Shown: positions 11,105 to 24,470 of the stretch, one piece after another
How positions within the stretch are numbered: the first letter of the stretch is position 1
Layout of the letters: every line of letters starts with the position of its first letter
Assembly (NCBI GenBank): GCA_010093705.1
Contig: MU006106.1
Location: 124,001-177,832, forward strand
Direction of reading: 5' to 3'
Origin: Patellaria atrata CBS 101060
Lineage: Eukaryota
DNA length: 53,832 nucleotides
Notes under the pieces: model-generated
Told to the model about the DNA's origin: nothing
Databases searched by the model: none
What the model saw: the letters and a program-made list of their open reading frames with translations, nothing else
Translations under genes and position numbers: made by a program

Positions 11105-13964
11105 ATGAACTACAATCAAGGCGCCCCCCTCCTAGGAGCGACCTTTGTCCCGGGAGGCTTCGATGACTATTATATGCCAGCCACAGGTCCGGAAGTGGTG
11201 TCTCCAGCTCCGCAAAGGTAGCAGAATCATAACTTCCCACGACATCCTTGGGTAAAGCACAGAACTAATCACAGCTTACAGGATCATGCCTGAGGTTCCG
11301 GAGCAGATGCAAGATAATCTAGCACACTTAGAGTCCGAAGCAAGGAGTAATAGTATCTCTAACCAATCTTCACAACCGAATCAGTATAATCGAGCTCCAC
11401 CTGACTACAAATCGCAAGCATCACACTCGACCAACTACCAACAGGAGCAGTATGGAGGTTATAATAGCAGCAACGCCGGTCACCAGCAGCAAAATCAACG
11501 TGTGACTTCTCCATACGAACAGAGATCTATCTCGCAACCGCCTCCACAAATCCAGTCAACCAAGACTGAACATTATTCACGGTTTTCGACATCCTATGAT
11601 GCGCCAAACTTTTCTCCGTTTCCCAAGATCAAAAACCGTCCTGCGAATGTTCCTCCTACAGATGATGAGAAAGAAGCCGTATTGGAAGATGCGCGGATGC
11701 CAGTCTTGAACTCCAATGACCCTGAAATGCAACTTGCTTGGGCACAGGATGCATTGGCTTACGTTGATGCGGCACAGATGCACGAGCAGCGGATATCGGA
11801 GACACAAACGGCTCGACCAGCAACGCCTCAAGTGGAACACCAACTAAGAGTTGACGCCATGAATATCGTGTCGTTCCTTGCTGATCAACACCACCCAAAA
11901 GCGGAATTCATGAGAGGGATGTGGTTAGAATTCGGCAAGTTCGGGCTGCGTGTGGATAAAAAAGAAGCTTTCAGGTGTTATTCGAGGTCAGCTGACAAAG
12001 GTTATGCAAGAGCAGAGTACAGGATTGGAATGCAGTATGAGCAGTCGAACGACCCAATCAAAGCGCTCATACATTATAAGCGTGGTGCAGAAGCTGGGGA
12101 CTCAGCATCGAATTATCGACTGGGAATGATGACGCTGCTGGGCCAACACGGCCAACAACAGGACTATGCCAAGGGCATCCAATTAATCAGACAAGCAGCG
12201 AGTACTGCGGACGAGAATGCGCCGCAGGGAGCTTTTGTTCTTGGTATGCTACAAGCTCGAGAATTACCACAAGTCAATGTACCGGAACTTTTCCTTCCTT
12301 ACGATGAGAAAATGGCAAGAATAAACATCGAGAAAGCAGCATTTCTGGGTTTTGCCAAAGCACAACTAAAGATGGGCAGTGCTTACGAACTTTGCAGTCT
12401 TGGTTGTGAGTTCAACCCGGCTTTATCATTACATTATAATGCGCTTGCTGCGAGACAAGGAGAATCTGAGGCAGACATGGCTATCAGCAAGTGGTTCCTT
12501 TGCGGTTATGAAGGGGTGTTTCAAAAGAACGAAGAGTTGGCATATACATATGCTCACCGAGCTGCTCAAGCCGGACTTGCTACGGCAGAATTCGCGATGG
12601 GATATTTCAACGAGATAGGCATGTACACACCAGTGAATCTCGACAAAGCGCTAGAGTGGTACGAGAAGGCCGCAAAAGGTGGCAATAAAGACGCGGAGGG
12701 GAGAATAGAAGGGATTGCCAAGCAGCGGACATTGACAAAGAAGGATCATGAGAATGTAGCAATCAACAGAATTCGATCGCAGTATGGATCGAAGCGCGGG
12801 GGTAGGCCGGAAAGATTCAAAGTTGCAGCACCCGCGTTGCCGATTATTAACGATAGCCCATCATCCGAGTATTCGAACTCTCCTGGTGGATCGGCACTTC
12901 CAAGGGTTGAGATTCGAGGGCTTACATCGAACACAGCATCGTCACCTTTGACTGCCCGCGCACCATCGCGTGCCGCTACGAGCACTCCATATCCAATTGA
13001 TGAAAGACCCCCGGTTATTGCCCCGCTAGACAGGCCTGCTACGGTTGCCCCATATCCTCTGGATAATGGACCACCCTTGGGTTCAGGTAGAGGTGGACCT
13101 CCAGGTGGAGGATTTTTTGCTCCCGAGCTACGGGCTGCTTCCGTAGCTCCAAGGCCGAGCTCTGCTTTCGGTATCAACCCGAACATTCTTGCGCCTCAAG
13201 GGGGCTCGCGACGGGATGACCGCATGGGACTACCTTCCCAAGGCAGTACAAATCTCCCGCTACGTCCATACACAAGCGTTGGCGATATGGGTGGCGGGAG
13301 AGGCCGTCCTCCGCAAGGGGGTCAACGAGTGCCGTCTGGTTCAGATTATTCCGACCGACCCCAAAGCACAAGGCCGCCATCCGGGCCTGATAGGGCGCAG
13401 AGCCAGCCGGTCGCAGATATCGGGTATGCTGCGCCGTCAGAGGGCAGGAACAGACTTCAGAAGCCTGGTAATCCTAATCTCGGGAAACAGCAACCAAAAT
13501 TACCAGATATTGGATTCCAGGCGCCTTTAGAACCGAAGAAAACGCCACAACTAGATCACCCGCAACCTCGTACATCTTCTATGGATACATACGATAGGCG
13601 AAACCAAAACCCGACGATTCGCCCTACGAGTGATCGTCCAGCGACAACTCGTCCGGGTTCATCTGGTGGCCGATCATCAGCAAGACAGGAACCTCTACCG
13701 TCTGTACCTACTAAAATCGATAACGGCCCAAAACCGAAGCCACAGGTTGAGGCGAGCGCAAATAAACCAACTGCAGCGACTACAAAACCGGCGGCAGTTC
13801 AAGCTAAACATCCGACGGCAACTCACCCTCCTGGAAAGGGACCTAAGACGTTTGATGAGATGGGAATCGCGCAAGCGAAGCAGGATAGCGATTGTGTAAG
13901 CACCGGATTTTTTCTTATTTTTTTTTCCAAGTAGTTACTAACCTGACAATAGGTTGTTATGTAA
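11105..13964 (+). CDS. SEL1-repeat chitin synthase regulator/activator (Chs4/Skt5-like) with C-terminal CaaX; exons 11105-11217, 11282-13895, 13953-13964
   Basis: Multiple SEL1-like repeats (AEYRIGMQYE, SNYRLGMMTLLG, AQLKMGSAYE, AEFAMGYFNEIG, ALEWYEKAAKGG), a Pro-rich tail, and the spliced end KGPKTFDEMGI...DC|VVM*. Probable 5' UTR intron 10919-11085. Confidence 0.85.
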
Positions 13965-14518
13965 TATCTATATACCCCAGGGCTGTGTAGCACCCTATCT
14001 TTTTCTTCTAGAGCTCTTGGTTGAATTTTTGCATAGCGAAGGGATGAGTATAGAATTGGAGATGACGCGAAATTGAGTTTTTATGAAACCGTGTATTAAC
14101 CGACGGCGAGATGCAATATTTGATGGCTAATATCAATTTCTGTCTGGTCACAAGTTTCACGCGAGAAATGGTTTTTCACTCGTCGTATTGAACTGACCTC
14201 ACATTTGAAGAAGGCGATCTATTCTCGAGTCTCTGTTGTATCATATTTGTAAAACAAGAGGTAGCGAGGTTTTAATCTCATGCCCTAAGGTAAGATACCT
14301 TCCCGTCAGGTTATACCCACATATCAACATCGCCCCTTCCTTAACCGTAATCTCAGAATCTTACCTAAGGGACCTTAGTCTTTACCCTAACTTTCACTCT
14401 TAATGTCAACTTCACCTCACCCTTAGCTCCATTTCGCTTCCTGACAATCCTTATAAACATTGCAGTACATCATTCAACGTGACTATCTGAAAATATCACT
14501 TCAGCAATCTGTACTCTA

Positions 14519-15634
14519 ATGGCACCACGCAAAGAGAAGGGGGAGAAGGTCTCTGTTGATGAAGGTCTCCTCATTTCTGACGCTATCGATAGTTGATATC
14601 TTGCTCACAGTCTCACCATCCAGCAACGGAGATGGTTTTTACGTATCTTCGTGAGCAGATGAGCTTCAATAATCATACCTAGACCTTGCTAATACTACAT
14701 AGGGAAACAAAAGTACGTTGAAGTACCATTTGGCTCGAAAATAGTCATGCTGGTTCAAGCTGATCAATGCCGTCAAATCAAGTCGTCCGTACTCTGTAAG
14801 TTCATTGTCCTGAGAGGCGGATTAGTTCTGCTTTGACAAAGATAAGGCGACGGATATTTCGGCAAACCTTCATAATAAAGTTACCAAGGGTATCTTCATT
14901 TTCCAAGATCGACTTAGTTGCACACATAACATTTCTCAGCCGCCGCAACCAAGATTCTCAAAGACCTACACGAGCGCAAGGAGATCGAAGGACGAGCTGC
15001 AGGTGAGATGTTTCCTTATTCCATCTCATAATACAAGTACTCGAGCTAATAGTGCATGCAGGCAAGCAAATAGTGTATCATGCTGTCCAAGTTAGTTCTC
15101 CGATTCCCTGTATTCAGATGGTCTATCAAAGCCATGTATCCAGATTCGGGCTCTAACGTAGGGTTGGTTTTCCAGAATGCCAAGGACTCCGCTTCTCCTG
15201 ATGATCTCGCGGTTATGGATGCAACCATCGTCGCTCTCCGTGACGAAACTACAAATCTTCGTGCTACAGAAAAGTCACTCAAAACATCACTCTCCACCCT
15301 ACAAGCTACGCTTTCAACTACAGACCTTCGCGCCGCCGTATCAACTCTTGAAACTGAGCGTACGGAAATCCTGGGCCGCCTCGAAGGTTTGCGTAGTGGC
15401 AGCGCGAAGCCGATTGACGAGAAGGAGAAACAGGATGTGGAGGATGAAGTCAGAAAGTGGGAGAGCTTAGAGAGGAAGCGCAAAAAGATTAGGGAGGAGA
15501 TGTGGGGTTTCTTATGCGAGAGCTTGCCGGAAGAACTGAAGGCGGAGGATCTAAAGGTAAGTGTAAAATGGGAGGGACTATATGTTCAAATGCTGATGTT
15601 AGGGGGTCAGGAGCAGCTCGGGCTTGATGAGTAA
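14519..15634 (+). CDS. HOP2: Homologous-pairing protein Hop2 (TBPIP/PSMC3IP), 9 exons including 10-nt and 13-nt micro-exons
   Basis: Spliced translation MAPRKEKGEKVSVDE|ATEMVFTYL|RKQ|NRPYS|ATDISANLHNKVTK|AAATKILKDL...GRAA|GKQIVYHAVQ|NAKD..., then a coiled coil and ...EQLGLDE*. YLRKQNRPYS and GKQ.VY are Hop2 winged-helix motifs, and all junctions keep frame. Confidence 0.92.
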
Positions 15635-16561
15635 GGATGAGCGTGATGAGGTCCATATGGATATGAACATGGGTAAGAGTGGCATTTGTGCTCTGTTGTC
15701 TCAAGTCACCTAGAAGACAGACCTCTGACGGATCGATCTCCTACTATTCTGCATCACCAGCATTGCAAATATTAGATACATGGGCGGAAGGGCGGGGCGG
15801 AGCGGAATACCTGGGGTAGATATAAGTTTAGCAGCCTCGCCAGTGCCTACGGTATTCTAACTCCAAAACGCCTCCGTCTGAACAATGTTTCATATTTGGA
15901 CAACATGTCACGCATATCTCACTTTACTCCACCTTGTTGAATTCATGGGTGAGTACTAAGGTGAGAGGTCGGTACAACTATAGTATCGACTTAAAAGGGA
16001 CTTCGATGACGACCACGCCGTAATAAGACCAACTATTGAGAGCTTTATCAAGATTCGGGTGTTCTTATCCCATACGGAGTATTTCACAGTCAATCGCAAT
16101 TCTATTTTGTATCACATGGATTCTTCTCATTTTCGAGTGGGCTTGATGCGCATAAGTTCTCTTTTATCACGAACCGTGCCCGTTTAACCTTCTTTGCTGA
16201 CGGAGTCACGGCAACAAGTCTCTGAGTGTGGCTCGTGCGGTCCATATTATCCTGTGTTGCCGTCTTTGTTGCAATGCTTCCAGGGATCCCTCCCGTTGCA
16301 TAATTTCTTGCAATTCGCTGAGCCTTATAGCTGACAAGTTCAAATAAGCAGCCCCTTTTTCTCTAACGGCCTAAATATTTGAAGTTAGGTTCGCCACAGA
16401 TCCTGAATCTTCCTTTAGTCTGTTCGTCCCGCGGGGCGTGTCCTTTTGATGTCAATATATAATTCATATATTTGCCATGGCATTCCTTCGTGGCCTCCCT
16501 TCCCTTAAAGCCGTCGCTTTCAATAGCAAATCTCACCCGCTAAAGTTCGTATCATGAGAGC

Positions 16562-18350
16562 ATGGGGATCATGATAAAGTCACTCGTTTATTTTTCTGTA
16601 TTATTTTCTAATTATGTCATTCTTTCACATGGTAAGTTGAACATCTCGCTCGATTTTATTCGCTTTCTTACATTTTCTTCAGCACAAGTATGGGGTACAA
16701 ACACAGGCTGGCCAGCGCCGACGTCCAAGGTGTGGGACACAACTGCATGCAAACCTGATTGCGCGGTAACTGGGGATGTATACGTTCTTTTCTGGTGGCC
16801 GACCGTGTATAACTATACCGTTGCAACGGTATACGTCACGATCGATGAGACGGACGACTCAACTACCACTAGCCTGTCGACTGAGGGCAATGCGACAGCA
16901 TTACAGTTATCTGTACTTCAATCCTTAGTGGAAACGGACAGGTTCGGCGAGAATGATATCGCAACTGTGCCATATTTTACCAAGGATTCTCTCACAATGT
17001 GGGTCCCTTTAAAGTTTTAACACGACCCTACCATAACACTGACTCCATCATAGCGAATATCCCACCTCCTATCTCGTAATTGACAACCTCGAGAGACAAT
17101 GGATCCCAACTCCCACCGCAAGCAGAGGCTACAATGCTAGCTGCGCAGTCTTTACGGAATATACACAACCCGCTCAACGCACCTTTGCCCTTCCCCCTGG
17201 TAATGATGATTGGCAGTATCGCTGGACCGAGACTCACTCCGTAGAGTCAGACGGGACATTCTTCTCGTACACATTCGCGCAAACATCCATCGCTAGCTTT
17301 CCGCAAAACGCCTACACTAATGTCCCGGGCTTCGAGACTTGTACCAGCGACGGTATCGCGGACGGCTTTCCGACTAGCAAGGTCATGGTGCAGGACATAA
17401 CGGCAACGAGCACGATCAGAAAACCCCGTTCTTCTACTCCTGACGATGAGGAGGGTTCAACTCCTTCAACTTCAACACGGCGAAGACCCACACCTGGGCA
17501 GGGGGAGCAGACACGACCAACTCCCACTCCTCCGGTGGACGCACAACCTACGCCTCGCCCTGGAATATCGCCTGGCCCCTCAGACAATAACGATAACAAT
17601 GACAATGATAATGGCAACACTTCAATTCTCCAAAGACCGATCCCCACGTCTCCCCGACCCATCATAACCCTCCCACCCTCCACAGCAATCCTCGGATCCC
17701 TTTCCTCCGGCAACCCATCATCCGTCTTCGTCTTCCCACTCAATCCCACCGCCACGCTCTTCCCCGGTGGACCCGCGATCACCCTCAGCGACTCAGGTTC
17801 CGACAGCGCTACTATCGTATCCATATTTCCAAACGGTCAAACGGTCGTCGTGGACGGTACGACGCAGCCGGTACTTTTCGTCACGCCAACCCCGCTGCCG
17901 GTCGTGATTGAGATAAATAGGGAAGTGTATACTGTTGCGCCGACTGGAGGCGTGGTCGCGGGGCAGACGATCGCTCCCGGCGATGGACCTGTGACGATCA
18001 GCGTGGGAGGGGTGGAGGTCGAGGTTATGATTTTCGAAGACGGATCTGTTGTCGTGACACCGGACGAAGAAGGAGGCCGGGAAGAGGCGGAGGTTACGGT
18101 AGCACCTGGCGGCCTGGTGGAGGTCGGGCCGAGCGGAAGCATGATCGTGAGGACCGGCGGTGCGATTCAGGTTGCTGAGACAGGTATCGAAAGGCCGACG
18201 CGGACAGGATTTACGGTCGTGACATCTACCTCAGTGGGGTCGAGGGGTGGTGAGAGCGGGGATACGAGCACAGCTGGCGCGACACGGGTGGGTTTGGAGG
18301 TGGGATGGTTTGGCCTCTTGCTTTTCGGGCTGGGTAATGGGATGTTTTGA
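16562..18350 (+). CDS. Secreted Ser/Thr/Pro-rich cell-surface protein, probable GPI anchor; exons 16562-16631, 16683-16998, 17054-18350
   Basis: Hydrophobic N-terminus, a Cys/Trp-containing N-domain, a Thr/Pro-rich stalk, TLxPGGPAIT-like repeats, and a C-terminal small-residue region plus hydrophobic tail (AGATRVGLEVGWFGLLLFGLGNGMF). Introns join ORFs 16562 and 17385 in frame. Confidence 0.75.
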
Positions 18351-18737
18351 TATCCTCGAGGTCTTGGTCTGGGTTTAGCGTATCGGCTTCGCAAATATCG
18401 GTAGGGAAGGGTTTGGGATTGGGAGTTTAGGAAATAGATGGGAAAACATGGTTGGGATAGAATCGAAGGGAAATCCTCACGGAATAGCGCATCGTCTGTT
18501 CTGTACTGTATATTAGTCACCTCATATATGTAGAACCCAATCATCACATTGGATAATCTTCATAATATCGTTCCATTTTCGAACTTTGTCGTGAGACATC
18601 TCCAGCAACGCCGGTTACCTAGAACCCCATTTTCCCTGCCCGAGCTTTCAGGATTATCGTACGCTATTATACACATATATTTTGACCATTAAACGCCTCA
18701 AGCATGGGCATTTGACACTCTCCCTCTGATCATTACC

Positions 18738-19883
18738 TCAATATCCCACACGTTCCCTCAGCTCCCTCACCTCCTGCTCGGTCAGTCCCTCAACCACACC
18801 CTCCTCCAATTGGACCATTATCGGGACGGACAAGCTCTCTCCCAATCCCTCCAAAAGCTCCACAACTGTACTCTCAAACACCTGAATCGGATACTCCTTC
18901 ATGAGATTCTCCAAGTGCACTCCCAGTCCCACGCCCTCCGTCGGATGAAGCTTGTCCGCCCACTCCTGCTTCGCCTGTGTCCAAGCGGGCAGTTCCCCGC
19001 CTCCGTCTTCAGGATCCGCGGCAAACATCGCATTTACGGCCGCTTCGTCCGTGCCGGCGTCAGGAGCTGGAGAGGATGAGGTCGCTCCGCGGTGGCCCCA
19101 GGCGAAGACCTCCGCCGCTAGCTTGGGGTCTGCCGAGCGGAAGACGAGGTAGGCCTCGAGACAGGCTTGCAGCATCCATTCGCCGGCTAGCTCCATCCAT
19201 CGCTCTGTGATGCCCCACTCGCCGTCGTCGGAAAGGGACTGGCGCGCGGCGGAGAGCGCGATGAAGGAGGGCAGGATGTCGGCGAGGGTCGCGCTCCTGG
19301 GAGTGCCGTAGAAATTTCGCGCTGCTGTGGGGTTGGTGGGGAGCAGAGCGCTCAGGGCGCGGGAGCGCGCGCGGGTGGTTGTGGCGAGCGGGAGGGGGAG
19401 GGAGGTGCTCAGGGTTGAGGATAGCTGAGCTGTGGGTGGTTGCGTCGCGTTGAAAGATTGTGCGCGCACGGTGTTTTGTGTACGGAGGGCGTTAAGGGAG
19501 GAGGCAGATGGAGTCGTGGAGGAGAGCGTGAGGCGACGCGCGAAGAGTGTGGTGAATTTCAGAAGGCGCAGGCGGTACAGGAGGTCAGGGTCTGCTGGAG
19601 CGGTGGGGTGGTTATTCTGAAAGATGCGGAGAAAGGCTGGATATGAGCGTCAGTTAGGTTGCTGGTAAGAGGAGGTAAAGAGCATGGGAAAGCTCATACC
19701 ATCGACCATTTGCAACGGAAGGTCTGGTTTGGAGGCATCAGCGAGCGTGGCTCCTGTTTGCGCAGCTTTGCGCTCCTCAAGAAGCCCCATGGTCGCGTTG
19801 TACATGAAATAGTCGAGGATCATAGTATCGACCTCCAACGCCGTTTCTGGGTCGGCGCGCTTGAGCAGATCTTGCGACGCCAT
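18738..19883 (-). CDS. Hypothetical protein of unknown function, exons 19883-19700 and 19636-18738
   Basis: A GTATGA...CTGAC...CAG intron (19699-19637) joins the 77-aa ORF to a long open frame (...WMELAGEWMLQACLEAYL...VFAWG...PIMVQLEEG). Strong GC3 coding bias. Confidence 0.8.
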
Positions 19884-20626
19884 TGTTGAGTGGAAAGTCC
19901 AATTGTTAACGAACGACTAGAGGTGAGGGTAGGAAAGGAGAGCAGTTCAAGGAGAGCAGCTCAAGGAGAACAAAGGATGAAGAGGGGAGCGCGATTGAAG
20001 AGGCACGAGGCGATTCATGGAGCCTCGCGCAAACGAAAGTACTTTCCAGTTTCCACATGCTTGATCAGTGTGAAAAGTCGCTTGTCGTCTCGTCTCACCG
20101 CAGATTCGGCGGTCTTGGGGAGTTACATGTTTCATGTTTCAGACTTTGAGGTTTTAGGGGATGTAGTACAGTACAACTTTTCGGCTTGAATGGAATTTTC
20201 CGTCTCTTTCCCCTGGAATATAAAGCCTACATGAATTCACGACTGACTAGGTGCGACGCCGAATGTGATGGTACATATGAATTGAGAATTGTGAGAAATG
20301 GACTCTGAATTTGAATATTGAATGTCTTTCTCATCTTCATTCCATACCAATGACAGTACGATCTTCTCCCGCCCCACTGTCTCATCCTGTCATTCCATAC
20401 TTCAACTGGTGGACACAACGATAATATTCAAAATTCTCTTCAACGATGGGCACGAAGATTCATTTAATCCTTAATTGAACATAAGACTGTAGGGTATGAA
20501 GCATCAGCTATTATATTATTCCAGCCGGACTATATCCTCTACATACAAATTCCGCGCCACAAATTGACGTAGAATTTCCATTATTCCCAATTAGGCCTCG
20601 CACCGCCTCGCACCGCCACACACAAA

Positions 20627-22065
20627 ATGGCTAACCACATGAAGGCAACAACGTCAGCGCTCAAACATAGCACTCTATCACTACTACTACTACTATTAAT
20701 ATCTCTTATATATATTCCCTCTTGTCAAGCTCTTCAAAATATAGACCATTTAGCTTTGCAAGACGAGCGATATTTGGAGTACCCCTTCTCCAACCCTGAG
20801 AATACATCGACTGTAGTTATGGGAGGCGGCGAAGGATATAAATCAGTCGCTTACTTTGTCAATTGGGTGGGTTATCTCGAAACTATAACACAAGATTTAA
20901 ACAAACGCTAACAAACGATCAGGCAATCTATGGCCGCAACCATCAACCCCAAGATCTCCCCGCCGAACGTCTAACGCACGTCTTGTATGCCTTCGCCAAT
21001 GTCCGTCCAGAAACAGGGGAAGTCTATCTCACCGATTCCTGGTCTGATGTCGAGAAGCACTACCCGTCCGACTCCTGGAATGATGTTGGAACTAATGTCT
21101 ACGGCTGTATAAAGCAGCTCTATCTCCTGAAGAAACGCAATCGTAATTTCAAGGTCCTCCTTTCCATTGGCGGCTGGACCTACAGCGCCAACTTCGCTGG
21201 CCCTGCCTCTACTCCAAATGGTCGTGCTACTTTCGCTCGCTCCGCCGTTCGTCTACTCGCGGACAATGGCTTTGACGGTCTAGACATCGACTGGGAGTAT
21301 CCAAAAGACGCCAGTGAGGCAGCAAACTTCATCGCTCTCCTTCAAGCGACCCGTGATGAACTCGACTCCTACAGCGCTCAGAACGCAAACGGATACCACT
21401 TTCTCCTTACAGTCGCCACGCCAGCAGGTCCACAGAACTACGAAAAACTTGACCTAGGCGCTATGGGACGTCTGCTTGACTTTATCAATCTGATGGCTTA
21501 CGATTACGCCGGAAGCTGGGACCAGCAATCCGGCCACCAAGCCAATCTCTTCCCCTGCACCCAAAACCCCGCATGCACGCCCTTCAGCACCGAGAATGCG
21601 GTGCGTTATTACACCTCTCAAGGCGTCCCTGCAAACAAAATCGTGCTTGGCATGCCCCTCTATGGCCGTGCGTTCCAGAATACTGCTGACCCAGGCAAAC
21701 CGTTTCAAGGCGTGGGTGAAGGTAGCTGGGAACAAGGCGTCTGGGATTACAAGGCTCTCCCTCGCCCGGGTGCGACCGAGTACCTTGACGAGGAGACCGG
21801 CGCGAGCTGGTGCGCAGACGGAAATGGTAATATGGTTAGTTATGATAACAAGGCGATGGCAGAGAGGAAAGTGGGGTATATCCAGCACAGAGGGCTCGGT
21901 GGGGCGATGTGGTGGGAGAGCTCGGGGGATAAGTGTGGAGAGGAGAGCTTGATTAAGACTGTGGTGGATCGATTGGGCCACGGCAGGATGGAGGAAAAGG
22001 AGAATTGTTTGGTGTATCCTACCAGCAAGTTTGAGAATTTACAGAAGGGATTTCCGGGAGAGTAG
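20627..22065 (+). CDS. GH18 chitinase (fungal subgroup A, ChiB-like); intron 20867-20922; alternative starts 20627/20639 (signal peptide) or 20819
   Basis: [40 protein letters not shown], catalytic [35 protein letters not shown]. Confidence 0.96.
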
Positions 22066-22464
22066 AGTTGCGGTTAGGGTTTGAACAGCGCTTTTGGTGG
22101 TGTGATATCATAGGGAATGGTTTGGGTTCCAATATCAGAATCGTAGTTTATATGGTACAAGGTTTAAAATATGGATCACTTGATATTTTGTTAGGTGTGA
22201 TTGAAAATAACAGCCCAAAAACAATATGATATCCGATTATTTTCAACGGTTTGTGGCTGGGAATGAAAGTTGAAGACTAAGGTCCGGTAAAAGCTCGGGT
22301 GGACGCGAACTTTTTTGGAGCTGCGCGTAATTATCATGATCAGGATGGTGGGATAAAGTTGTAAACTGTACAACAGAAGAGCTCTGAAATTTCGAGATAA
22401 AAATACTCCATATCTTTCAAAGGTACTGAAGCCCACGGACTACCTTCTCTATTCGCATCTCAAT

Positions 22465-24470
22465 ATGTCTTTCGGCGGGCAAACGCCCACTATCATAGTC
22501 CTCAAGGAAGGTGAGTACCAAGCTCCCATATATGCCTACAGGCAAAATCTAGGATTACATACTGATGATTGACAGGTACCGATCAGTCACAAGGTAGAGG
22601 GCAAATCGTATCCAATATCAACGCATGTCTCGCAGTCCAAGCCACCATTCGAAGTACGCTGGGGCCTTACGGCGGTGACCTGTTGCTGGTGGACGCAAAT
22701 GGGAAGCAGACTATCACGAATGATGGTGCGACTGTCATGAGGGTAGGTCTTGCGATTTGGAGCCTAAGTATTACATTAATTCCTTGACAGCTCCTGGATA
22801 TCGTCCACCCGGCCGCTAGAATCTTAACAGACATTGCTCGCTCGCAGGACGCAGAAGTGGGAGATGGCACAACCTCGGTCGTCGTGATCGCGGGAGAGAT
22901 ATTGAAAGAGGTCAAAGAATATGTCGAGCAGGGTGTGAGTAGCCAGGTCATCATGAAGGGCTTACGACGAGCGTGTACCATGGCGGTCAATAAAGTCAAG
23001 GAGATCGCGGTAAACCCTACAGAGAAGGACAAGAAGAAAACGTTGCAAAAACTTGCGGCTACAGCTATGAGTAGTAAATTGATACATCGAAATTCGGATT
23101 TCTTCACTAAGAGTAGGATACTGTGTCCTAAACATAGGCTATATTTACTAATCTGGTTTTGTAGTGGTTGTGGATGCCGTACTATCGTTAGACCAACAGG
23201 ATCTAAATGAGAAGCTCATAGGTATCAAGAAGATTACTGGGGGTGCCCTTCAAGACTCTCTCTTCGTTGATGGCGTAGCATTCAAAAAGACTTTCTCATA
23301 TGCTGGTTTCGAGCAACAACCGAAATCCTTTAAGAACCCGAAAATCGTGTGCTTAAACGTAGAACTCGAGCTAAAGAGCGAAAAAGACAATGCAGAGGTG
23401 CGGATAGATCAAGTATCAGAATACCAGGCTATTGTAGACGCAGAGTGGCAGATCATCTTTGACAAGATGGAAGCACTACACAAGACAGGAGCAAAAGTGG
23501 TCCTGAGCAAGCTACCAATAGGCGATTTAGCTACACAGTACGATCTTCTGTTGAATTTAGTTCAATGATCAAAGCTAACATTCTAGGTACTTTGCCGACC
23601 GAGACATCTTCTGCGCGGGTCGAGTGTCATCGGATGACATGGAACGAGTCGTGCAAGCTACCGGTGCCAGCATTCAATCGACATGCTCAGATATCCAATC
23701 AGAACATCTAGGTACCTGCGAACGCTTCGAAGAGCGCCAAATAGGAGGTGAACGGTTCAATTTCTTCGAAGGTTGTCCGGAGGCCAAAACCTGCACCTTA
23801 GTCCTTCGAGGAGGCGCGGAACAGTTCATCGCGGAAGTAGAGCGTAGCTTGCACGATGCTATTATGATTGTCAAGCGGGCAATCAAGAATCAGACAATCG
23901 TAGCTGGTGGTGGAGCTTGCGAGGTAAGTTCGATATCCCACTCCAGCCTATTCAAGTTCTCTAGCATCTAACCCATACGCAGATGGAAATCTCAAAATAT
24001 CTACACAGTTTCGCCGACAAGAACGTACCCCATAAGCAACAAGCGATTATTAAGGCTTTCGCCAAAGCACTGGAAGTTATACCTCGCCAACTCTGTGATA
24101 ACGCTGGCTTTGACGCAACGGACATGCTCAATCGTCTGCGTGTGGAACACCGAAACGGCAATATCTGGGCTGGCATTGATTTCGTGCATGAGACCGTAGC
24201 TAATAATTACGAGCGATTCGTATGGGAGCCCGCGCTCGTTAAGATCAATGCGATCCAAGCTGCTACTGAGGCGGCATGCTTGATCTTGGGCGTGGATGAG
24301 ACGATCAGTGAGTTTTCCCGGACCCCAACTTACAGCCTATAAGGATCAATACTAATTGTTACGTAGAAAACCAGGAATCGGAGCAGCCACAAGCGCCGAG
24401 AAGGGGCCTGCCACCGGGTGCAGCGCAGCGGGCGTTGAGAGGAAGGGGAAGAGGAATGGCCCGACGGTGA
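22465..24470 (+). CDS. CCT7: T-complex protein 1 subunit eta (CCT/TRiC), multi-exon
   Basis: [31 protein letters not shown]...[60 protein letters not shown], ending [10 protein letters not shown]. Confidence 0.96.
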
